Below are positions 49,023 through 56,931 of a stretch of 58,206 nucleotides of DNA, in pieces; positions within the stretch are counted from its first letter, which is position 1, and each line of letters opens with the position of its first letter. The translations under genes were made by a program, and so were the position numbers. This DNA comes from a virus (lineage: Duplodnaviria; Caudoviricetes). The notes under the pieces are model-generated. The model was not told where the DNA came from, did not search any database, and was given only the letters and a program-made list of their open reading frames with translations. The DNA lies in the IMG/VR virus record IMGVR_UViG_3300017744_005100, positions 1-58,206 of that record. One strand, written 5' to 3'.

Positions 49023-49694
49023 TTAACCTTCAGCTAGCTTGTTAAAGATTTTATAATATTCTCCAATTATAAATCTTTTTTGAGAGGTTACAGATGATTT
49101 AGATTGCCCGGTATATTTGCTTAATGGCATAACTCTAAAATCAAAAGAAACACGAGTACGGTCTTCTTCATTAACTTTATTCCCGTGCTTGCAGCGGTTG
49201 CCATCAAAAAATACATACTCTCCGTAATTCATCTCCATTGGCGAGAAATCTTCTAACCCTGGTACTGACTCAATCCAAGTTGCTTGGGTTTTTATCATTT
49301 TAGTTAGAGGGACTTGAACATTTATCTCCCATGGAGGATGCTTGTGTATTGGATCTGAATCATAATGCCACTGGTGAATAGCTTTGTAATTTGGGATGTG
49401 TATACGGAATGTTGGAAAAGACTGATAAATAAAATCTTCCTTAAAATACAATGAAATTTCATTTTTTATAAAATCTTCATACGATTCTATAAGACTAGTC
49501 CATGGAGAATTTAGTTTTTTATAGAATAATTCATGAAACTTTGTCCTTGATTCATTTGAAAAATCTAGTTTTTGAGGTGGTAACAAATCTTTGCGATTAA
49601 TATGAAGCAGCGATAAATCATCAACTTCAAATGTTTTTGACACTAATTCAGCAAATCTGTACTTGTCAATATTGTATTGTATTCTTTTATGCAT
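49023..49694 (-). CDS. 2OG-Fe(II) oxygenase (StrG-like)
   Basis: YQSFPTFRIH, WHYDSD (HxD), HGNKVN, TRVSFDFR; probable ATG at 49694. Confidence 0.72.
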   Translation of the reverse strand: MHKRIQYNIDKYRFAELVSKTFEVDDLSLLHINRKDLLPPQKLDFSNESRTKFHELFYKKLNSPWTSLIESYEDFIKNEISLYFKEDFIYQSFPTFRIHIPNYKAIHQWHYDSDPIHKHPPWEINVQVPLTKMIKTQATWIESVPGLEDFSPMEMNYGEYVFFDGNRCKHGNKVNEEDRTRVSFDFRVMPLSKYTGQSKSSVTSQKRFIIGEYYKIFNKLAEG

Positions 49695-49708
49695 GACTAT
49701 TTCTATCC

Positions 49709-50368
49709 TTATTTTTTCCACAATTTGTAATGAGATAGATCTTTATACTTCCAAGACCCACCACAATCTTCATTTTCCTCATTCAGTTCGTTAAACAACA
49801 TGATGCCGCGAGCAGCTTGTTCAGGAGGCATGTACATATTCCACCCATTTATAGTTGGCTCTGGCATTTCATCGTGAGGGACCCTTCGGTCGCGACCTTC
49901 GTATTCTGCTAACTTAAACCATTCAACAGCTTCTTTATCATCGGTAAGAATCATACCGCCTTTAGCAATTGGCAAAATTTTTCTTATATGGAAAGATAAG
50001 CAGTGGTATGTTCCAGGGATGTACATTCCTTTTGTAAATCTTGTAGCTCCATCAATAACAGGATATGGTTCTAGCCTGTAGACACCTGACCATTCTTGGT
50101 CTTCAAAATTAATATCACAACCTGCATGTAATATAAGACCCGGTACTGATAAGTAAGTTTTAGAAGGGATAGTTATCTTTCCTGTGGCTTCTAAATATTT
50201 TAAACTCATAAACATGGCATTGGTACAACTATCACAAGCAACAGCATATTTACTCCCGGCATATGCTGCGACCTTGGTTTCAAATGCTTCTACAACATCC
50301 CACGGATCATTAATTTTAAATCCCTCTTTTTCCAAAACGGGGATTACTTTTTCTAAAGTTTCATACAT
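49709..50368 (-). CDS. Shortened DegT/DnrJ/StrS-family PLP-dependent enzyme (219 aa)
   Basis: FETKVAAYAGSKYAVACDSCTNA, VIDGA, CLSFHIRK..PIAKGGMILTDD, GWNMYM. Confidence 0.75.
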   Translation of the reverse strand: MYETLEKVIPVLEKEGFKINDPWDVVEAFETKVAAYAGSKYAVACDSCTNAMFMSLKYLEATGKITIPSKTYLSVPGLILHAGCDINFEDQEWSGVYRLEPYPVIDGATRFTKGMYIPGTYHCLSFHIRKILPIAKGGMILTDDKEAVEWFKLAEYEGRDRRVPHDEMPEPTINGWNMYMPPEQAARGIMLFNELNEENEDCGGSWKYKDLSHYKLWKK

Positions 50369-50388
50369 TTTTTTCTCTCTTAATTTTT

Positions 50389-51144
50389 TTATTGTTGTTT
50401 AGAAATTCTATCATATTTTATTTTTTGTCGTATTTCTCTTTCTGATGACATTAATTTAATATGATCTACCTTGTCTTCATTTAATGGGTTTGTTCTATTA
50501 TATGATAGCATAATTTTTTCAATATATAAACTTTTTCTACCACACATTTCCAACATGGGAAACATAAATCTCATATCCCATGCACCATCACAAAATTTTC
50601 CTTCCTTGTTGAGAAGATCTTCATATTTAATTTGTTTCCACAACCAATATTTAAAGGTCCTTAAATGAGAGGACATCCACTCTGATTCTCTGAAAGAGTT
50701 GTCATCTATTACCTTTGATGGTACTTGTCTAGAAAATTTACCTCTGTGTTTAGAGGGAAACTCAACATAACTACCGTATGTCATCCAACACTTTTTTTCT
50801 AGATATTGCCTGTTTAGATAATCTAAAACATTATTTCCAAGAAGCCAATCGTCGCCATCTAAAGTTATGACCACATCCTCTTGAGAGGGGTTTGAAAGAA
50901 CAATTGCTTCATAAATGTTTCTCAATGCTAATTTCTTTTCTGTGTTCTTTACTAAAATAAATCTATCATCATTTTTTATAATATTTTCAATAATGTTAAC
51001 ACTACTATCTGTGGACATGTCATCAATTATTATACATTGATAATTTTCATATTCTTGTTTTATAACACTTTTTAAACAATATTTTATCCACTTTTCATTA
51101 TTATAATTTGGAACAATTATTTTAAAATGTGTATTTGTTCTCAT
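50389..51144 (-). CDS. GT2 family glycosyltransferase
   Basis: IIVPNYNNEKWI, IIDDMSTD, LDGDDW. Confidence 0.85.
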   Translation of the reverse strand: MRTNTHFKIIVPNYNNEKWIKYCLKSVIKQEYENYQCIIIDDMSTDSSVNIIENIIKNDDRFILVKNTEKKLALRNIYEAIVLSNPSQEDVVITLDGDDWLLGNNVLDYLNRQYLEKKCWMTYGSYVEFPSKHRGKFSRQVPSKVIDDNSFRESEWMSSHLRTFKYWLWKQIKYEDLLNKEGKFCDGAWDMRFMFPMLEMCGRKSLYIEKIMLSYNRTNPLNEDKVDHIKLMSSEREIRQKIKYDRISKQQ

Positions 51145-52097
51145 TTAAAATCTTCCTTATTGTTTATAGAATTTATTGTATATTCTTTGAGCGAGTCAAA
51201 TAAAGTTTTTCTTGGCGACCATCCCATATCCCACAATTTTTGTCCATTTAATAAAGATAAGGCATGTTGCTTATTATTTGAAGTAGCTACTAATTTATAT
51301 TTCAGCTTCTTTTTTAAAACTTGAGATATCGTCTCAGCTAATCTTAAGTTGTCTGTATATTCTTTAGATACAATATTATATCGTTCCCCAGGAAGACCAT
51401 TTTTTAACAAAAAGTAAATGGCACTGCAAACATCATCGACATGCAAATAGTTTCTAGATAATGCGGTTGTTGATTTTTTATCACAATGTATATCAACTGA
51501 ATTATCATAATTAATACTTTTAATTAATGTAGGGATGTACCTATCATGGCACTGACCTTCTCCAAAAACATTCATAACATAAGTTGTAATTATTGGAAAG
51601 TTGTTTTGTTCTCTATAAAAATCACCCACATCTTCTGCTTGTTTTTTAGATAGTGCATATGGGCTTTTTGGGGTTTTTAAGTCTTGCTCACTAAATCTAT
51701 AATTATTTAATGATGGTCCAAAAACTTCAGCAGTGCTAAAATGTATCATTTTTTCTATAGGAATATTTTTAAAGTGATTGATTAAATTTGTTATAGATAG
51801 AATATTGTTTGAAATATAATCTTCAGGATTTAAAAAACTATTTTTAATATCAGATTTGCCAGCCAGATGCACAATAGATTTTACATCAAGTAATTTTTCA
51901 GCAACTTTGTCCGATATCGGAGAAGTTAAATCATGTTCAACAACTTGAACTCTTTTACTATTAAATTTTCTTTTTAAATCTATACTTTTTTGTAAAGAGA
52001 TTATATTATTGTCTGTATTTTTTATTAAATAATTAATAAAGTTTCTGCCTATAAAACCAGAACCACCAGTCACTAAAATTTTCTTATTATTTTTCAT
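51141..52097 (-). CDS. NAD-dependent sugar epimerase/dehydratase (extended SDR)
   Basis: ILVTGGSGFIG, HLAG, FSTAEVFG, PKSPYALSK, RNYLHVDD. Confidence 0.8.
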   Translation of the reverse strand: MKNNKKILVTGGSGFIGRNFINYLIKNTDNNIISLQKSIDLKRKFNSKRVQVVEHDLTSPISDKVAEKLLDVKSIVHLAGKSDIKNSFLNPEDYISNNILSITNLINHFKNIPIEKMIHFSTAEVFGPSLNNYRFSEQDLKTPKSPYALSKKQAEDVGDFYREQNNFPIITTYVMNVFGEGQCHDRYIPTLIKSINYDNSVDIHCDKKSTTALSRNYLHVDDVCSAIYFLLKNGLPGERYNIVSKEYTDNLRLAETISQVLKKKLKYKLVATSNNKQHALSLLNGQKLWDMGWSPRKTLFDSLKEYTINSINNKEDFK

Positions 52098-52941
52098 GGT
52101 CTTTTATTATGTTCCAAAATTCTACTTTATTATTTTGAATTTTATCCCAAATAGATGTTTTATTTAAGAACCATTTTTCTTGTGAGTGTTGAACATAATC
52201 GTTACAAATTATTTCACACCCCAACAATTTAGCTTCTATAATAGTTCGTGGACATGTATCAAAACCATTTGGTAAAAAGATAAAGCCCTTGGAGGATGCG
52301 AACAAAGACAGCATTTGCTCTCTTGTTAAGTTTTCAAATAATTTAAAATTTAATTTTTTTTCTGTAGCATATTTGATAGAATTTTTAGTCCCCTTGACCC
52401 ATGAATTTGATTTTTGAATTAGCCAAGTATCATTTTTATTGTCTATCTTTTGACTTTTTATTGTGGACATGTCCTTATCACAAAAAGCAGAACTTATTAC
52501 AATATTATTTTTATTTTTTAGTTTCGAAACATTTTTAAGATAATAATTTTTTTGTTGTTCAGACATGAAAAAATTAATTTTTGAGTGAAATAAAAGCAGC
52601 ATATTCGTTTTAATATTTGCTAATAGTGTTTTTTGACAATCACAATTTGAATCAACATGCAATTGTGGCAGTCGGTGTTTGCATATTCTATAATCAAATT
52701 CTAGCAAACAATAATTTATGTTTTTACAAAAATAAAATTTTAATTCATCGCTTAAAAGTGATAGATTTCCTAATATAAATAAATTTTTTTTATTTTGTTG
52801 TAAGTATTCTTTTGTTATTGCCTGACTTTCTTTTTTTTCATGCTGATATGGGCATTTTTCTATCAAGGCTTCAAAAGTAAGCTCTGCACCTCCTTGATAG
52901 TTCCAAAAATCATTAACAAAAATTACTTTCTTACTCATCAT
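52087..52941 (-). CDS. GT-B fold glycosyltransferase
   Basis: GGAELT, WVKG, FIFLPNGFDTCPRTIIEAKLLGC; probable start at 52941 or 52938. Confidence 0.72.
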   Translation of the reverse strand: MMSKKVIFVNDFWNYQGGAELTFEALIEKCPYQHEKKESQAITKEYLQQNKKNLFILGNLSLLSDELKFYFCKNINYCLLEFDYRICKHRLPQLHVDSNCDCQKTLLANIKTNMLLLFHSKINFFMSEQQKNYYLKNVSKLKNKNNIVISSAFCDKDMSTIKSQKIDNKNDTWLIQKSNSWVKGTKNSIKYATEKKLNFKLFENLTREQMLSLFASSKGFIFLPNGFDTCPRTIIEAKLLGCEIICNDYVQHSQEKWFLNKTSIWDKIQNNKVEFWNIIKDHEK

Positions 52942-54220
52942 CGTCAAACAAGTCAGAGAACAGATCATCGATTTCTTTCTTTTCTAAACCAGATTCTAAA
53001 AATCCAGATTTTTCTAAAAAGTCATCATACTTGGCTTGCTGTGTAAATTCTTTTTCTATCCACTTTTTTAGCCGCTTAGCTTCTCCCTGTAAAAGTCCAT
53101 AGTTTTTGACTGCTTCTCTCATAGCTATTTTACAGTTTGATTCTTTAGGATATGCCCAAGACATGTTTGGTTCAATTACACCCTGCCAGAGTACTTCTTT
53201 TTGAACTGGTTCAAGATCATAATTAATTTTACTAAAGTGTGCTCTTAACTTAGATTCGCCCTTCTTATTCTTTTTTGGTGCATACAAAAAGTCTTTTTGC
53301 CCGCCAAAATCATGTGTAATAATAGGCAAGCCAGAATAAGCAGCTTCAAATAGCGGAAGACCAAATCCTTCTCCATGACCAAAATTTATCATTACTTTTA
53401 TTTTTGGATCGACATACAGTGAATGAATTTCTTCCTCAGTCATATACCCATGAAGAAGGTAAACTTTACACTTTTTATCAGGAAAATTATTGGAGATTTG
53501 TTTAATTGTGCTATTAATAAATGCTCTGTCTATTCTACTATTTCCTTTAGCAAAAGTTTTTACCACCAATCCTACATCTTCATTATCATGAAATTCCTCA
53601 CAAAACCAAGTAATCATATTTGGCAAATTCTTTCTAGGTCCCCACTGAGCCATGGCTAAAAAGTTAAAATCTGTATCTAACTGAAGATCTAAATTTTTTA
53701 CCTCAACTTTTTTAACTGGATAGTGGACCACTTCAATTGGTTTTTGTAAAACAAATTCTATTTCATTTCCATTCTGATCATGTACTTTAATTGGTGTTTG
53801 CAAACCAGCTTTTGCATGTTCTGATATTACTAAAATTTTATCTGCAAACTGATGGCATTTTGCAATCCACTCTTCACAAGCCCTATCAGTTTCAATCCCA
53901 GCAGTGTAGAGAACATTTTTTTGTGCTATTCTATGTAACTCATTTGGTATTGTTACTTGAAGTGATACATCGAACAAGGACACTTGTGGATTTTGATTTT
54001 GTTCATCTAGCATTGGTTTTGCTTTGATAATCAGTTCGTCGATCCATCTTCTTTCTTCACTATCATCAAAGATCCAATTTGTTCCTCCCCATGGTATATT
54101 TAAAAGATAAATATCGAACAAATCCTCTCTTGATCTTAAAGCTCTTAATGCAAAGCGGCATTGTTCGCCATACCCTGTTTGTGATAATGCGGGTCCTCTT
54201 ACTAATATTTTATACTTCAT
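52931..54220 (-). CDS. GT4-like glycosyltransferase
   Basis: GPALSQTGYG, QWGPRKN, GEGFGLPLFEAAYSGLPII. Confidence 0.85.
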   Translation of the reverse strand: MKYKILVRGPALSQTGYGEQCRFALRALRSREDLFDIYLLNIPWGGTNWIFDDSEERRWIDELIIKAKPMLDEQNQNPQVSLFDVSLQVTIPNELHRIAQKNVLYTAGIETDRACEEWIAKCHQFADKILVISEHAKAGLQTPIKVHDQNGNEIEFVLQKPIEVVHYPVKKVEVKNLDLQLDTDFNFLAMAQWGPRKNLPNMITWFCEEFHDNEDVGLVVKTFAKGNSRIDRAFINSTIKQISNNFPDKKCKVYLLHGYMTEEEIHSLYVDPKIKVMINFGHGEGFGLPLFEAAYSGLPIITHDFGGQKDFLYAPKKNKKGESKLRAHFSKINYDLEPVQKEVLWQGVIEPNMSWAYPKESNCKIAMREAVKNYGLLQGEAKRLKKWIEKEFTQQAKYDDFLEKSGFLESGLEKKEIDDLFSDLFDDDE

Positions 54221-55479
54221 TTTATTTCTTCCAATGTCCAGTTTTGTTTTTTATTTCGTGTTTCCCATGAGCCATATTTTTTATGCACATTAGTAAAGAT
54301 TTCATCCCAAGACTTTATAAAATTGTCAAAATTGTAATTTTTCTCTACATGCTTGCGACCTTTAAGTCCCATCTTCTTTCTATCTTCAGGAGATTTGTGA
54401 TACATCTCTAAAAGAGCTTCTACAAATTTTTCTTTTGACAATCTGTCCTCATAGATAAATGGAACTTCTTGAGAACCCACAACTGTTTTACTGACCGGTT
54501 CTAATCCATATCCAAACCAATCTTTGCCATCTGTAACCTGTTCTTGAAGACCACCTGTCATGTTAACAATAATTGGTGTTCCACAAGACAACGATTCTAA
54601 AGTTCCAAGTCCAAAACCCTCAGCATCAGAAATGTTTACTGTACAATCTACCATGTTGTACATGGCAGCTAAATTTACTGGTGGTAGTTTTTCTTTGGAA
54701 AAAAGCACTTGTCCATCGTTTAATCCAAGTTCTACCAATAAAGCTTCTAAGTTTGACCCAGCTTGATCGCGAGGATTGGTGTGCATCAACAAAATAGCCT
54801 TATCGTCGCCCACTTTATCTAAGAAATCCTTAAACCATAAGATTAAAGTAGCTCCCATTTTTCTACGGGCATTTCTATTGTTCCAAAAAACAACAAACTT
54901 ATCTTTATTCTCTTTAAAATTATCTGCTCTAAGTTTACTTACATTTTCATCCTCTAAAGGTTTAAAAACATCTAAGTTAACAGCATGTGGAACATACTGT
55001 CTGTCTACATCTGGAGACACATTAGCTACAATATCATCTGTAACCTTAGAGATCGTAGCAATGAAGTCATTACTATCATAGTATGGTTTATTATAAGTTG
55101 GATAAGGATAATTGTCCCAAACATGATAATAGATCATTGGTACATTATATCTTACCTCTTCTTCCATTTCCCACAACCAACCCCAAAATCTAGGATCGGT
55201 CATAAACCAAACAATATCTGGCTTTTCAGACCAAAGCAAGGCTCTGACTGCTTCTTGTGTGCCATAACCATCTGTGGGGACAATAATCCAGTCGTCTCCG
55301 AACTCTTCTGTCTTAATCGGGCGATAGTCTTCATGCTTGATCAAGCCACCAAAAGAAATAAACTGGTACTTACCAGTTCTAAGCATGCCTTCAATAATAT
55401 ATCGTGTTTGAGTTCCAACCCCTGATGGTGTAAGTGGGTGGTCACTCAAAGTAAAAATTTTAATTTTTTTGTCTGTCAT
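54217..55479 (-). CDS. GT4-like glycosyltransferase
   Basis: SDHPLTPSGVG, NNRNARRK, AEGFGLGTLESLSCGTPII; ATG at 55479 (ATGA overlap). Confidence 0.85.
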   Translation of the reverse strand: MTDKKIKIFTLSDHPLTPSGVGTQTRYIIEGMLRTGKYQFISFGGLIKHEDYRPIKTEEFGDDWIIVPTDGYGTQEAVRALLWSEKPDIVWFMTDPRFWGWLWEMEEEVRYNVPMIYYHVWDNYPYPTYNKPYYDSNDFIATISKVTDDIVANVSPDVDRQYVPHAVNLDVFKPLEDENVSKLRADNFKENKDKFVVFWNNRNARRKMGATLILWFKDFLDKVGDDKAILLMHTNPRDQAGSNLEALLVELGLNDGQVLFSKEKLPPVNLAAMYNMVDCTVNISDAEGFGLGTLESLSCGTPIIVNMTGGLQEQVTDGKDWFGYGLEPVSKTVVGSQEVPFIYEDRLSKEKFVEALLEMYHKSPEDRKKMGLKGRKHVEKNYNFDNFIKSWDEIFTNVHKKYGSWETRNKKQNWTLEEIK

Positions 55480-56258
55480 GTACAATGTTCCGTTCTAAAG
55501 AATGGGCAAGTCCCATACATCTTGTGACAACTTAAACGATTCTTTAAGTGTCTGTTATTAGAAATATTATACAATGCATCTGTTAAAAGTTTAACAGCAT
55601 TTTTAGTTTTTTTATCACCGCTTGTAACTCTAAAGATCTCAACTTTCTTACCGGGCTTAGCTGTTCGCTTTAACAGACCGAAATGAGTTTCAATATCTGA
55701 TGGATCAATATCGTATTTTTCAGCAAAAAACTTTTTATATAAAGTTAGCTGATATGTGGTTAGCTTTTCTGCTTTCCTACGGGCATCCCATCCCCAAGAA
55801 CAAGTTTTCCAATCGATAATATGATACTTACCATCTGGAGTTTTGATGACCAAATCAACAAAGCCTTTAAAATCGTATTCTTTGTTTGGGAACTCAATAA
55901 TTCTCTCAAACAATTGTTCTTCTACTTGATGTACTTCGTATTCGCCAAAATATTCTTTAAGACCCTCGGTTACCTCGACGACGATTTCTCTGCCGTGTTG
56001 CATGAACTGATCGATCTGCTTTTGGTCTGGGTCTTCAAGCTTTGTTATTTGTTCTTTGAATCTGCTTTCAAAGAGTGTAGTTGGATCGCTAACTTGGTGA
56101 TCCATTGGTGCGACTTCTTCGCACACAGCGTGAACAGCCGTTCCAAAGGTCGTAAAAATAGAATCAGTGCGCGGATTAAGTTTATCTTCATTTACTAATT
56201 TCCTGTAATGTGGACACATGGTCCAGTTTTTAAGTTCTGAAAAAGAAATATGTGGCAT
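55476..56258 (-). CDS. PD-(D/E)XK exonuclease, Cas4/AddB-like with Fe-S staple cysteines
   Basis: ISFSEL...MCP, FGTAVH, GFVDLV...IIDWKT, YQLTLY, C-terminal C.....CPF....C; start 56258 with GAGGA RBS. Confidence 0.82.
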   Translation of the reverse strand: MPHISFSELKNWTMCPHYRKLVNEDKLNPRTDSIFTTFGTAVHAVCEEVAPMDHQVSDPTTLFESRFKEQITKLEDPDQKQIDQFMQHGREIVVEVTEGLKEYFGEYEVHQVEEQLFERIIEFPNKEYDFKGFVDLVIKTPDGKYHIIDWKTCSWGWDARRKAEKLTTYQLTLYKKFFAEKYDIDPSDIETHFGLLKRTAKPGKKVEIFRVTSGDKKTKNAVKLLTDALYNISNNRHLKNRLSCHKMYGTCPFFRTEHCT

Positions 56259-56265
56259 AATGTCC

Positions 56266-56931
56266 TCAAAAAAATTGCTTGAGTTTATTATACAACACTG
56301 GGCTCGTCCTGTAAAGCATTTCTTGCTCACCCTTTAACCAGTTCTCAAAGCCGGATGCAAAGTATTCTCTTAATGATGTTACAGCATAAGGGTTTGTAAA
56401 TATGCCAGCACAATACTTCCAAAGTTTATCATATCCTATTGTGTTTACTAAATAATCGTCTAATTCTTTTGAGTAATTTATTTGATTAAAGTTAAAAGGA
56501 GGTGTTCTACCACCTTCATACATTGAAATTACATTCTTAAGTTGATTTCTTTTATTTTTAAATTCTTTTGCTAAGAAGCCGTCCTCGTAGATCTCCTCGT
56601 AGTAAGGTTTCTCAAATGAGTGAGCTAGCTCGTGAAAGAAGTTCATTAAAAGGTCCTCTACAAAATTTACCTGGTTCGAAAGATAAATTGTTCCGTCCTT
56701 ATAGTAAGACTTATAGTTTTCTTTGTCTAAATTTGGAAATCTTCCAAGCTTCACTTGGTTCACATGGTTGAGAGCCTTTGGGGAAAGTGTTTCTTTAAGT
56801 TTATTAATAAAAAAGTTTATGTCTCTAGAATCAAAGCTTCCCTTGTCTTGAATAATAAATTCAACACCTAAAACTCCCTTATGTGAGTTCTTCTTGTGGC
56901 TTTCTATGATAAATGACCTTAAAGACATCAC
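56266..56931 (-). CDS. Putative zincin metalloprotease (HExxH)
   Basis: FFHELAHS plus downstream YAVTSLREYFA (third Zn-ligand motif of lethal-factor/PPEP/MtfA-type zincins). Confidence 0.6.
   Translation of the reverse strand: MMSLRSFIIESHKKNSHKGVLGVEFIIQDKGSFDSRDINFFINKLKETLSPKALNHVNQVKLGRFPNLDKENYKSYYKDGTIYLSNQVNFVEDLLMNFFHELAHSFEKPYYEEIYEDGFLAKEFKNKRNQLKNVISMYEGGRTPPFNFNQINYSKELDDYLVNTIGYDKLWKYCAGIFTNPYAVTSLREYFASGFENWLKGEQEMLYRTSPVLYNKLKQFF
56287..56315 (-). promoter_or_regulatory. Sigma70-type promoter upstream of nuclease and glycosyltransferase genes
   Basis: Minus strand TTTACA-17 nt-TATAAT, about 29 nt before the ATG at 56258. Confidence 0.62.

Noticed and set aside
37408-55479. 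Bacterial O-antigen or capsule locus
   Set aside because: No flippase, polymerase, ABC exporter or priming transferase, and the block is translationally continuous with phage genes on both sides.
55476-56258. CRISPR-Cas locus suggested by the Cas4-like nuclease
   Set aside because: No repeat-spacer array, no cas1/cas2 and no intergenic space for an array in the window.
240-56771. Numerous 60-146 aa plus-strand ORFs and short nested minus-strand ORFs in the track
   Set aside because: They lie antisense to, or out of frame within, long well-supported minus-strand genes and show no recognisable motifs; treated as shadow ORFs.
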